From Alloascoidea hylecoeti (lineage: Eukaryota), in assembly GCA_001600815.1 (NCBI GenBank), contig BCKZ01000014.1, forward strand, positions 62,001 through 126,000: a stretch of 64,000 nucleotides of DNA. The letters run 5' to 3'. Position 1 is the first letter of the stretch; every line of letters starts with the position of its first letter. Position numbers and translations under genes: made by a program. A model generated the notes under the pieces. It was not told the origin of the DNA. It saw only the letters and a program-made list of their open reading frames with translations, and did not search any database. Of this stretch, positions 20,910 to 33,540 are shown one piece after another.

Positions 20910-21460
20910 ATATGTTCAATATAGATTGGCATCGAGATGTTAGGGCTAGCGCTGGTTGTATTCAGAGGCGACACACATCTCTCTTCTCTATCTCCGGATA
21001 ATTATGTGTAATCAGCGTCTTCCCCTTCGTAGATGTATGGGTTCCACTTCGAATAGTGTTTAGGGAATCGAACCTTCGAGCATTGCGGTGGAAAGTTTTG
21101 AACTCCTAAAGTTTGAAGATATTTGTTTGGGTCCATGCAATCATCTTCTGATTCTGTGTGGGAAGCACGAAGCACAAACCCGGAATAAATCTACAAAACT
21201 TACGGATTACATACATTTTTAAGGAAGTCCAAGTTTTTGGTCTTCAAGAGTGGATTCTTTAATATTAACAGGTTGTTGATCGAACTGAAAGAGTGACAAG
21301 TCGTGACAGTAGACAAGTTTCAGACAGTTCATTATTTTTGGTTGAGTTATTGATTATTGAGTTTTTGAGACATAAGTGTGAGAGTCTGCGTTTTCTTTTG
21401 ATAGTTGTTCCCTTTTATCTTTAGTGTAAACTTTCACGTCACAAACTGGTATTGTCACCA
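20910..21460 (-). repeat. Degenerate repeat family R2, fragment 2
   Basis: Its left part matches 18277-18530 and its right part (about 21300-21405) matches 48230-48435, both in inverted orientation. Confidence 0.6.
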
Positions 21461-21511
21461 TTGTGTCTTTAAAATATTCAAATTATGTATGACGCCAGCT
21501 ATCATTATGGT

Positions 21512-21676
21512 TTTATGATTATACCTTCCTGAAGTCAAAAAATTGAGTCACTTTTGATTTTCAACCGATCACATGAGATATGTGATAATATTGGTGAAAT
21601 ATCAAGACTTATTAAACTCAGGTTATATTTGATTAAATTATTTAAATTTCTGATGGTTTATATTTGAAAGGATTAT
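21512..21676 (-). repeat. Dispersed ~170-bp repeat R1, copy B
   Basis: Inverted high-identity match to 9348-9520. Confidence 0.9.
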
Positions 21677-22990
21677 GTATTACTAAAGATATAACATTAA
21701 TTGAATTATTGAAAATATAGTGAAAATTGTTATGTAATGTAGTAGTAGTTGCTCTCAAATTGGCGTTATTTAATTTTTTAGTTTTTAATATCTTAGAATG
21801 TATTGCTGTGAATAATTCAATTTATGATATATAGATGGAAAATCATATTATGACACTTTCTTGTAATATGAATATTTTAAAAGGCAATGATTAAAGACTA
21901 TGAGCATATAAAACGTCTTCAAATTTTAGGTTTATTGGAAGTCTATTCTGCGCGTAACTATGAACAAAGTTGATAATTCACCGTGTTGTGTAGCCATGAA
22001 TACGGTCTCTTTGAACTTGATCTTTCAGATGAAACTGCTGAATAATCAGCTGAGAAAGCAGTTCCCTATAAACTATATATTTTTTTGAAATGTATATAAT
22101 ATCAGTTGTAATATTAATAATACGGATAGATTTGGAAATAGCAATATTAAAGTTAATTTGATACAAAATTTGTTTGAGGCGGTTATTATTGTTTTCTATA
22201 TGATTAGATTAAGATTTGAACAAAAGTTACAAAACACAAACTTCATTCTTTCTTCAAATAACAGATAAAGCTTTAGATATGGGAAATCACTTTCAGAGAC
22301 ATGTTATATTATAAGCCATAGCATTAATTATAAGTTGAAGTTGTAACGTATATACGAGATGATGATACGAGGCACGCAGGGCCCATGACCGTAATAGTAA
22401 CTTAATGAACTTTTACAGAGTCATTTCAAAGCCTGATTAAAATCGATAATAAAAGGTGAAGCTTCTAGTAGCTACAGCTATAGATATAGACTGTAGGCCA
22501 GTGAGAAGCTTTGATGGTTTGATGGCTGCAACCTGCGACTGACTGTAAGGGTCAATAAGATTCCCTCCAGTTAATATTTTACCCACACCAAAACTTTTCA
22601 CCCATTTGATAGGCGGAATAAAAAGACTGGAGAATGTTTTCATGCGAAAGACATCAGTTATATTCTGTCAAACTTCCAGTACTTGTATGATGGGTTCCGG
22701 TGAGCCCGGGTCAGGGCGGGCCAGCAGGGCCTCTCATTGTCCTCAAGATCATACATTTGGACCGACATTTTCTAATACGGGAAATGAGACACGTTTCTGA
22801 AGGGTGCTAAAGCTGGTATTCAAATATGCTGAAAAATGGTTGTCTTTTTCTGATGCCAAGCCAAGCCATCCAAGCCTTCCTTGGCATTGTCTACTCTGAA
22901 TAAAGTTTTGCATTGCCGGTAAAACGGTAAATATAAATATCCTCCACTTTATAAAGAAGCGTTTCCCCATCTAACACACTTAACATCTCA

Positions 22991-23779
22991 ATGCAGCTCA
23001 GTATCAATACTCAAGATTATTCAAACGTCATAACAATCTCTTCAAAATGCTATAATACACTTCATTTCCTTGTTTTTCAAAGACACAAACGACTCTTAAG
23101 GTACCTCTTATATCTTTCAACAATTTTTTCTTTTTTCTTCACAATTTTTGGAGTAATAATGATTATAACTTCATTAAATGTATCACAATTAATTGAATCT
23201 CGATTTCAAATCTATATGTTAACAAATGGTCCAAGAGAAAATCAATTAAATTTAAATCAAGTATTTTCAAGTGGGATTGAAATATCAAATGAATTGGTTC
23301 AACAACAAATAGATACATGTTTATCAAAAATGTATACGGATAATAATATTTTTTCCCCAAGTATTATGGCTTATACTTGTAAATATGCAACAGTTTTAGA
23401 AAAATGTCATCAAAGTGGGAAAATGTTATGTTTAATTATGGAAGATGATATTGAATTAATTTTTAAACCATCAATGACTAAATTTTTATTTATTTTAAAT
23501 ACTTTATCATTATATTCAAATGAAGATACAATTTACGATTGTTCAAAACTTGGAATTGGTTGGTTTTCGAGTATTAATTCTGGTAATAAATTACAATGTA
23601 GAATATATCCAAGTATATTTGCTAAAAAAATGTCTGAAGTTTTAATTAAATCTAATTGGCCTGCTGATCTTGCTATTAGAAAAGCAACAGATGATTTAAA
23701 TTTAAAAAGTTCAAGATTTTTAATGATTCAACATACTGGAGGAAAATCAACACTTGGACATAAAAATATAACTTCATAA
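22991..23779 (+). CDS. Type II membrane protein, putative GT-A fold glycosyltransferase (GT25-like)
   Basis: Single N-terminal TM segment (about aa 38-62), CLIMEDDI motif, later WPAD and IQH motifs; followed by a (TTTTCATAAT)n tandem repeat. Confidence 0.5.
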   Translation: MQLSINTQDYSNVITISSKCYNTLHFLVFQRHKRLLRYLLYLSTIFSFFFTIFGVIMIITSLNVSQLIESRFQIYMLTNGPRENQLNLNQVFSSGIEISNELVQQQIDTCLSKMYTDNNIFSPSIMAYTCKYATVLEKCHQSGKMLCLIMEDDIELIFKPSMTKFLFILNTLSLYSNEDTIYDCSKLGIGWFSSINSGNKLQCRIYPSIFAKKMSEVLIKSNWPADLAIRKATDDLNLKSSRFLMIQHTGGKSTLGHKNITS

Positions 23780-26700
23780 TTTTTCATAATTTTTCATAAT
23801 TTTTCATAATTCTATCTTGAAATCACAATCAGAAATTATTGACAAAAAAACAATTGAAGAAAATTTGCAACCATTAGCAATCTTAGCAAGTTTGGAAATT
23901 TTAAAGACATCACTTTAATTATAACGGCAGTTAGTTACTACAAACGGTATTGACGTATAGAGTTAAAGTTGTATACGGATTCTATATAATATAATAATGC
24001 GGGCATTATTGAGAGACATTGATCCAAAGACTCATAATCAGACGCTTTTGTGATCAGAGCTATGATTATATCCAATTTCAATTTATCTCGCGATTAACAA
24101 GATTCTGCATTTATGTTACGCGTTTACTTATCAAATTTATAACAATAGGAACTAATTACTAATTGCAAGAATTATATGCATGCATACCACAATTTATTTT
24201 CTTCTTCAACTTTTCTTTAAAATCAAAAATTAATATACAATATTGTCTTTATATTGTCCATGTTGTGCAAGGGTTTAATGGGGCTGTTACTATGGGAAAT
24301 TAGTAGGAAATACTAGGAATACAGTTTATAATCGTACCATAGTTCAGTTGACTGAAACATTATAGTATTTTAACCTTGACCCATCGAATAAATATTATTT
24401 TGTTAACTGATAAGTGATAACATACTTATCATGAGATGCGTTCTTTTATCTAATAGTTAATTATATCATATAGTCGATTACATACTTTTCAAAAATAAAA
24501 TGAAATTGCAATTTGGAACAATGAACAATTCGTGAAATCCCAGAATATAATTAACCGCCCAAATAGAATATGATTACTAATATCAAATACTAAATATTGG
24601 TGAGTTGAAGGAAGTGCGTATATGGGTGTTTTTTGTGGTTTATGGCTGAAGAGTTGGTATCAAGGTGATAAGATTATTCGTTTGTCCTTTCATATTTAGG
24701 ATAGATTTCGTCTCTTGTTTGAATTACAATTGCTGATAATCGAACTTTAAAATTCCACTTTGTGTACGAAAATTCACCCTCATAACTTGACGAATAATTC
24801 AAAATAGAAATACTATTTGTATATTTAGTAAATTGACCATAATCTGTATTATTATTGCACAACACAACACTAATATATTAATGATTTGTCTTATACAATT
24901 ATAGCATTGATTAAATATTAAACGCCTTTAAATTTCAAATATATATATATATAAGTTATACATGTATATCGCGATTTACGATATCCACCATATATCCATC
25001 ACAACGGTTAACGTTAATTAATTATAAGATCAGTTACAATTGCAATTACAAAGTATAAGCTTGAGTACTAGTACATGCACTACATAGCTATATGAGTGAC
25101 TAATAGTGGTTAAAGAAGTTAATTTCACCTTACTATGTATATAGATCTATTAAATTTTTAGCTCATCGCGTACCTTATAATTACTCATCATCATCATAAA
25201 TCAATATGTAAATGTTTACTTAAATATCATAGCTGATTTTAATTATATAGTGCTTATATTAATTAACTATACCTTATATATAATTATTCTTTTATATACC
25301 CATTTCTCACAAATTCTCAGACATTTGTAATTAATGGTTCAATTTAAATGTTAGATTTAACCACATTATAATTTATAATTTAAATACCACCCTAAATCTA
25401 TTAATATAGCTGATTATCATCAAAAAATGATAACCAATTACAATCAACGTTTACTATAGATTTAAATTTGTTCCCTTGGCATTTCTTTTGAAGAAGTTAA
25501 AAGAATGCCATTAGAGCTTTAAGTAGCTTTAGAAATCAGAAAAAGGAAAGAAAATTGATTGTATCAATCTATTATTAATTGATATTTACGCACGTGTACC
25601 AAATATAACCATAACTTATAACAATTTCAACCGATATAATTATGTAAATGTTATACTCAACATTATGTGCTTTGGTTTGATCTTCCAGTAATAAAACTAA
25701 ACCCAGAAAAGCGCCATATAATGTATATCGATATATGTAGGCCTATAGCTAATAGCTATGGTTAGTATGGTATTCCCCAATAATATGTTGTACACTATAA
25801 TGTAAGCATTGCGATTGAATAGCCATGCACCATCATAATTAAAGCATATGGTATACCCAACTTAAGCTTTTGATAGAATGGTTCACTTTTTCTTATTTAT
25901 TGGTTTGTATCAGTTTACCTAAATTACCATAATTTTCAGCTATGTTTACTCCATATTTAGAACCATTTAAATGGAATGTGTAGCCGTTCCAGATGCAGTC
26001 CAATATTTCCCAAATGAAAGCGCTTTGAATATTCATATAGTTGAAATGATTTGATGATCATTCGCGATTAAGTTAAAATGTGAACATCAAGTGTCTTTCT
26101 TTGGAATAATTTGATAAATAAGTATAAGACAATTCAATTGTTTAAATTTAAGTTGTGCGCGACATAATTTTATTTGTTTCTATTTTTTTACCTAATTATA
26201 AGCTATTTTGATCCAAAAATGGGTGACAACACCACCCAACATTGTGAAAAAGATACACCCTTTAAAGAGTTTTACTCTCATCACACAGTGAATATTATAA
26301 AGAAAGTGGTGAATTTTTTGCGCTAATAATAATAACATTATAGCTATCATCAATAAACACCCGTTTTAATTCGAACTACATAAGTTTAAAACATTGGAGT
26401 AAGAAAAAAGAGTCATCAGAAACATGAACTTTTGTCATCATAATTAGTTAGAGGCGTCAAGAGGAGCAGTCTATTCAATAATGATTATGTGATCCTAGTC
26501 AAAATATTTAATTCTCTCTTCCTTTAGGATATAAAAGAAGATATTCGTTCTTTCTTTGATCATGAGTAATCCCTAACAACCAATAAAAAATCGCGATATA
26601 TCCCAGATAAAATAAAACACCGTTTATACCAAACTACATTAGTTAAGGACTTATTTTTTTTCATTTCGATAATTGATAAGCGGATTCATAACATCATTAA

Positions 26701-26961
26701 TCCCATCGTTTAAATCCGCATTCTGTGTTTGATTCGTTGATAAGTATCTTTCGCCGATTCTAACCTGTTTAAAACTATTTAAACTGTTTATTTTGAAAAT
26801 AATATTGTTTAAACGTTTGCAACATACACTATACAAAAATCAGTCATTAAATATTATAAATAAGGTCTTATTTCCTCAAAGTTTTGTTATAGGCTTAATA
26901 ATTAGTTAAAAATTAACACCATCTATATCTTCTAAATAGATTCTTTTAAACTTCTTTAAAC

Positions 26962-29010
26962 ATGACACCACCAACTTCAACATCAACTGAAATTTCTAAA
27001 GAAACTAAAATTATAAATAATTCAATTCCAGAATCTAATATTAAAACTATTCAGACACCTTCATCATTTTATAATAATCGTCCTAAAAATGCTTCACCAT
27101 TATTAACTTTTGAGGAATATAAAAAACTTTATAAACAGTCAATTAATGAACCAGAAATATTTTTTGGTAATTTAGCTCATGAATTATTAGATTGGGATAC
27201 AGATTTTAAAAAAGTTAAAATTGGTTCAAATATTAATGATTCATCATGGTTTTTACAAGGAAAATTAAATGCATCATATAATTGTATTGATAGACATGTT
27301 TTTGAAAATCCAAAAAAACCTGCAATTATTTATGAATCAGATGATCCAAATTCTACAACAAATCGTATTATAACATATGAAGAATTATTAACAAAAGTTT
27401 CTAAATTATCAGGAGTTTTAACAAATTCATTTGGTATTAAAAAAGGTGATAGGGTTGCAGTTTATTTACCAATGATTCCTGAAGCCGTTATTACTTTATT
27501 AGCAATTACAAGAATTGGTGCTATACATTCAGTTATATTTGCAGGTTTTTCAAGTGGTTCAATTCGTGATAGAATTATTAATCCTGATTGTAAAGTTATA
27601 ATTACAGTCGATGGTTTTCAAAGAGGTGGTAAAACAATTCCAACTAAAAAAATTGTTGATGAAGCTTTAAAACAATGTCCAAATATATCAAATGTTTTAG
27701 TTATTAAAAAACAAAATAATCAAATTGATTGGAATGATAAAATAGATCATTGGTGGCATGAAGAGTGTTTAAAATATCCTGGTTATTTCCCACCAGTTTC
27801 TGTTAATTCAGAAGATCCATTATTTATATTATATACTTCTGGATCAACTGGTTCACCAAAAGGTGTTGTTCATACAACAGGTGGTTATTTATTAGGAGCT
27901 GCAATGACAACAAAATATGTATTTGATTTACAAAAAGATGATGTTTTATTCACTGGTGGAGATATTGGTTGGATTACTGGTCATACATATGCAGTTTATG
28001 GTCCATTATTATTAGGTGCAACAACTGTTATATTTGAAGGAACTCCAACATATCCAGATTTTGGCAGATTTTGGGATATTATTGATAAATATAAAGTAAC
28101 TCATTTTTATACTGCACCAACAGCTTTAAGATTATTAAAAAGAGCTGGTGAAAAATATATTAATAATCATTCATTGGCTAGTTTAAGAACAATTGCATCT
28201 GTTGGTGAACCAATTGCACCTGAATTATGGGATTGGTATGATAAAACAATTGGTAGAGGTAAATGTCATATTGCTGATACCTATTGGCAAACAGAATCAG
28301 GTTCACATTTATTTGCTCCATTAGCAGGTATAACACCAATGAAACCAGGAAGTTGTTCATTACCTTTATTTGGTATTGATCCTGTTATTGTTGATCCAGT
28401 TACAGGTATTGAATTAAAAGGTCCAGATGTTGAAGGTGTTTTAGCTATAAGATCATCTTGGCCAAGTATGGCAAGGACTGTTTGGGGAGCACATCAAAGA
28501 TATGAAGAAACTTATTTTGGTGCATATCCAGGACTTTATTTCACTGGTGATGGAGCAGCAAGAGATAAAGATGGTCAATATTGGATTAGAGGTAGAGTTG
28601 ATGATGTTGTTAATGTATCAGGTCATAGATTATCAACAAGTGAAATTGAAGCAGCATTAACAAATGATCCAATGGTTGGTGAAAGTGCAGTTGTTGGTAT
28701 ACATGATGATTTAACTGGACAAGCAGTAAATGCATTTGTTTCATTAAAATCAACTCCAAAATTTGATCAATTTGATGATATAACTATAATTCAAAAACAA
28801 TTAATTATGAGAATTAGAAAAGAAATTGGTCCATTTGCAGCTCCTAAAAAAGTATTTATTGTTTATGATTTACCAAAGACAAGATCTGGTAAAATTATGA
28901 GAAGAGTATTAAGAAAAGTATTATCATATGAAGAACATCAATTAGGTGATTTAACAACATTAGCAAATCCTGATATTGTTTCTCATATTGTTGAAGTTAC
29001 GAGAAAGTAA
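26962..29010 (+). CDS. Acetyl-CoA synthetase (ACS1/ACS2 family; paralogue not resolved)
   Basis: [14 protein letters not shown]-binding motif, [37 protein letters not shown]. Confidence 0.95.
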   Translation: MTPPTSTSTEISKETKIINNSIPESNIKTIQTPSSFYNNRPKNASPLLTFEEYKKLYKQSINEPEIFFGNLAHELLDWDTDFKKVKIGSNINDSSWFLQGKLNASYNCIDRHVFENPKKPAIIYESDDPNSTTNRIITYEELLTKVSKLSGVLTNSFGIKKGDRVAVYLPMIPEAVITLLAITRIGAIHSVIFAGFSSGSIRDRIINPDCKVIITVDGFQRGGKTIPTKKIVDEALKQCPNISNVLVIKKQNNQIDWNDKIDHWWHEECLKYPGYFPPVSVNSEDPLFILYTSGSTGSPKGVVHTTGGYLLGAAMTTKYVFDLQKDDVLFTGGDIGWITGHTYAVYGPLLLGATTVIFEGTPTYPDFGRFWDIIDKYKVTHFYTAPTALRLLKRAGEKYINNHSLASLRTIASVGEPIAPELWDWYDKTIGRGKCHIADTYWQTESGSHLFAPLAGITPMKPGSCSLPLFGIDPVIVDPVTGIELKGPDVEGVLAIRSSWPSMARTVWGAHQRYEETYFGAYPGLYFTGDGAARDKDGQYWIRGRVDDVVNVSGHRLSTSEIEAALTNDPMVGESAVVGIHDDLTGQAVNAFVSLKSTPKFDQFDDITIIQKQLIMRIRKEIGPFAAPKKVFIVYDLPKTRSGKIMRRVLRKVLSYEEHQLGDLTTLANPDIVSHIVEVTRK

Positions 29011-29321
29011 TTGTGCTGTTGATATAATGTAGCATTGGTACCTATGATCATGATATAGAATGAACTATCAGGCCTAAATGTTATTAAGCTTATAACTAAT
29101 TTGTTTAATAAGCTTTAAATTTTTGATTTTATAGATGGGTTTTTTTTGTTTTTTTAATTTTTTTAGTGCTGGTAACTTGACAGTTTATTTATACATGAGC
29201 TAATAGAGAGCAATCGTAATATATTTGAATTTACAGCTGCAATTGTTAAACATAATTCATTGTATATTCATAATTTTTTATATAGATATAATACTACTAT
29301 AGTTAATCATAAGTTTAATTT

Positions 29322-30944
29322 TTAGAAAGCTTCTAATACACGTAAATTATTTGTATGACCAATACCTTTAGTCCAACCTTGAATAGCAATTAAAACATCC
29401 CCTCTATTTATAATATCAAGTCTTGTTGCTTCATCCATCGCCCATTTAATTCTTTCATCGACATCTTGTTGCCATAAACCTAAAGACAATGGTTGTTCTT
29501 TTGTATATTCAAAAGGATAAACTCCACGACATAAATGACACCATCTAGCAGTTTTTCTATTTCTTGTAACTAATATAATTGGACATGCAGGCCTATGTTT
29601 TGCAACAAGTCTTGCAGTTTCACCAGTATGTGATAAAACAATAATTGCTTTTGCATCTTGTTCAAATGAAGCAGTTACAGCAGACATTGCAACAGTTTCA
29701 GGAGTATCTGTTGGTCTTGGAGTTAAATCTCTAATTTCTTGAGAATATTGTAAATGAGCAATAGCCATTTCTGCTTCTAAAGCAGTTTCATGCATCATTT
29801 GAACAGCTTCAATTGGATAATCACCTTTTGCAGTTTCACCAGATAACATTACACAATCAGCACCATCAAGAATTGCATTACCAACATCAGAAACTTCAGC
29901 TCTTGTTGGTCTTGGATTATAAGTCATTGATTCTAACATTTGAGTTGCACAAATAACAGGTTTACCAGAAATATTACATTTTGCAATTAATTGTTTTTGA
30001 ACAACAAATACTTCATAAGCAGGAATTTCAATACCTAAATCACCTCTTGCAACCATTATACCATCAGCAACTTTAACAATTTCATCAAAATTATTAACAC
30101 CTTGTTGAGATTCAATTTTTGCAATAATTTTAATTTCACGACCTTCATGACCTAAAACATTTCTAATTTCTCTTATATCATTAGCAGTTCTTATAAAACT
30201 TGCAAAAATCATATCAACTTCATTTTTGATACCAAATAAAAGATCATTTTTATCCTTTGTAGATAAAGCAGGTAAATCAACATCAGTTCCAGGTAAATTA
30301 ACACCTTTATGAGAAGAAATATTACCAGCATTTAATGAAATAACATCTAAATTTTCATCATCAATAATATCTAAAACTTGAAATGATAATATACCATCAT
30401 CAACATAAATGATTCTACCAGGTTCTAGCACTTGAGTTATATTTTTATAATCAATAAACATAATCTTATCATCAGATAAATCTTTATATTCAATATTAGT
30501 TGTAAAAATCATTTGATGATTTGCGGGGATTGAATAATCAATACCATCTCTTGTATTACCAGTACGGATCTCGGGGCCTTTTGTATCCAAAGCAATTGCT
30601 AAAGGAGAGCCATGAAAGATAGTTTCAGACTCTCTTGCGTTGTCTATGACGGACTGATGATAAGTATAATCACCATGGGAGAAGTTCATACGAACAATAT
30701 TTAGTCCCGCTATACATAATAATAAAAAGTGGTCAGTATATGTTAAAATGGTAGATTTTTTAAATTAGCAAACAATTCACTTACCCCTTCTTAAATTTGT
30801 AATGACCTCCACACTATTTGACTTTGGACCAATTGTACCAATGATGGAAGACTTCCTTGTATGTCTCTTAATGGAAGCCTGGGGGTCGATGGCAATCAAC
30901 CATTCAATTCTCGAAGCAGAAGTATCAAGTGCAACGCCAGTCAT
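29322..30944 (-). CDS. PYK1: Pyruvate kinase; 2 exons (30944-30785, 30709-29322)
   Basis: Intron GTAAGT..TACTGAC..TAG (30784-30710) joins [13 protein letters not shown] to [13 protein letters not shown]; also [10 protein letters not shown] and MVARGDLG. Confidence 0.95.
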
Positions 30945-31217
30945 TTTTATTTATTTTTGTATTCAGCCAATAACCAACTACAAGTTTAGAAAAAGATGAA
31001 CGAGAACTGGAGGTGTTTGAAGGAGAGAAGGTGATTTAAATATACTTGTCTCTGGCATGTTTTCCAACCCATGCAGGATCGCTCGGTTTCCGAAAGCAGC
31101 TCCACACAGTCCACGTGGGGTCGCAGGGTTACCCGGACCCGGCGGAATAATTATATTTTGCCCAAAATTTCTCTTCTTCTTTTTTCCTCACCTGAATTTA
31201 TCTCATTTATCCCAACA

Positions 31218-31819
31218 ATGGCCGACGAAAGAACTTTTATTGCAATCAAGGTATGTTCTTCCTTCTATGATCAGTCCAATTGGCTTCATTGGTCTGCCAC
31301 TGCCTCTTCTTAGCTTTGGTTTCGACTGGATCTTGATGATTTACATTCCTCCTGCATAACGGTTACGTTACCTTTGATCTAACCCCTATTCAATAGCCTG
31401 ATGGTGTCCAACGTGGACTCATTGCTCCAATTCTTGCCCGTTTTGAACAACGTGGCTTCAAGCTTGTTGCCATCAAGCTTACCACCCCAGGTGAAGATCT
31501 CTTAAAGACCCATTACGAAGATTTGGCCGATAAGCCTTTCTTCCCACACCTTTTGTCATACATGTTGTCTGGCCCAATCCTTGCTACCGTCTGGGAAGGT
31601 AAAGATGTTGTTAAACAAGGTCGTTCCATTCTTGGTGCCACCAATCCTTTGAACTCTGCTCCAGGAACAATCAGAGGTGACTATGCCATTGATATGGGTA
31701 GAAATGTTGCTCATGGATCTGATTCTGTTGCTTCCGCTAACAGAGAAATTGGTTTATGGTTCAAGCCAGAAGAACTTGTTTCTTACAAGAGCGCTTTGCA
31801 CAGCTGGGTCTACGAATAA
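31218..31819 (+). CDS. YNK1: Nucleoside diphosphate kinase; 2 exons (31218-31250, 31397-31819)
   Basis: [18 protein letters not shown] joined across a GTATGT..TAG intron; GTIRGD and HGSDS motifs. Confidence 0.95.
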
Positions 31820-32430
31820 ATTTATTCACTATGTTAACCTTGAAAGACCAATGGTGTTTTCATCTGTGACGTTTTTTTAATGAAAAATATTAGAAACGAT
31901 AATTATAAATGATTAGTGAAAATTTCTTTTTTTTTTTCATTCTAGATTTTTATATTCTTATAGTCAATTGAAAATTATACATCATTTTGATGTTTTGGAT
32001 TGAAATTGGAGTTCCATTAATTGTAATATCCGTAGCAATAATAATAATAATAACAATAATAATGCAAAGTAGATCGTTTACAATTTACTTTCAATCCGCC
32101 TGATTTTATTATTAATTCTTACCTATAGCTGTCCTTATTTGTAGATGAGTTAATCATATTGTTTATAATTGTACGAGTGACTCCATAATAAAAGAGTCCA
32201 TAATATCCATATACAATTTTATACTTTACCGGTATACATGTATTTAACAATTACTTTTCAAGTTAAGATCAACATTTGATTAATTCATATTATAATATAC
32301 TTCTTATCAGAAAAAGAAAGACTTCCAAACATTATACCCCTTCGTTAACGTCCCCTAAATAAACCCACCTTTCATAAAAGTAGTAACACATTCTATCCAA
32401 AAACATAAAATAAACCATTCAATTTTGAAT

Positions 32431-33420
32431 TTATCGTTGATAACGGTTGATCATGTGGAACTCGCGGTCGTTGTTCTTGCTGTTTTTGTTCTCGTTGCTT
32501 TTGTTCACGTTGTTGACTTTGCTGTTGACGTTGTTCTTCTTTAGTCGTGTCACCAGCTGTATTATTACCTTTTCTAGTTTTCTTTGTTGTTCTTCTAGTT
32601 GTTCTAGTTTTTGTTCTAGTTTATTTTTTACGCATCCGCTATCAATTTTTGTATCAGTAGAACTTTTCTTTTGTGTCCTAATTTCTTCGTGAGCTTTAAT
32701 ATCTTTCTTAGGAGTTGTGTTATAAAATGATTTCCCAACAAATGAAGAAATATCAAAATCTTTATCATTATTAATTACAGCCGTAGTTGATACATCGGGA
32801 TTTGGTGCATTTTTAATGGCTTCTTCTGATTTCTTCATAGTTTCGAATGTGTAAATATCAGTTATTGGCTTAACACTTAATTCTATTAGTAGATTAAGTC
32901 ATTGACATTTTATTCTTAGTTCCAACATCTTTCTCAACTGGAGGAGCAATTGTTGCATCGGCAGAACCTTTTGATAAAATATTTAAGGTCATTGATGGTA
33001 AAATATGAAGGTTTTTTCGTTGAGAAGAATTAGTTACTTCTGATATTTTATAATCAGGATTTTCTTTTGATAATCCAAGAGCTTATGCATTACACTTAAC
33101 AGATAAGACTCTATATCCTTTAACTTAATAATTTCAGGATTAACATTATGATCAGTAAAATCATTATATAACAGGCTCAATACGGGTCATCTCAGTCCTT
33201 GCTTGATTTCGTTTCACCATGTTAGAATTCATCAGATTTCATATTTGTGGGGTGGAACCTATTTTTCTTTGGGTCAAGGATAAAAGATGTGTCTGTTGAA
33301 AAGGGGATAAACGGTTGATGCTTTGGACTGATTGTTCGTCTAGATACTCCATTCTTGATGGTTGAATTGAACTCCAAGTTTGATTAAATGGGAGGATAAC
33401 TTTTAGGAGGATTGTTTTGA
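32431..33420 (-). pseudogene. Degenerate coding-like region ending in a coiled-coil ORF (32431-32838); possible retroelement ORF1/gag relic
   Basis: Broken coding-like frames upstream of a 135-aa ORF containing LEQKLEQLEEQQRKLE; no diagnostic motif. Confidence 0.3.
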
Positions 33421-33540
33421 ATAAGAATAAGACTGTTGTAATGTAACTTACAGAATGGTATAATGCATTAGATCTAGAGTTGTTATACGAGGTTAATTTT
33501 TTTATTTAACATTTATGATTCTAATTATATATAACTACAA

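Noticed and set aside
31251..31396. Longer, GC-richer YNK1 intron as a possible snoRNA host
   Set aside because: No convincing paired C/D or H/ACA boxes could be identified by eye.
26962..31819. ACS-PYK1-YNK1 as a metabolic gene cluster
   Set aside because: Ordinary housekeeping neighbours with no evidence of a dedicated shared pathway.
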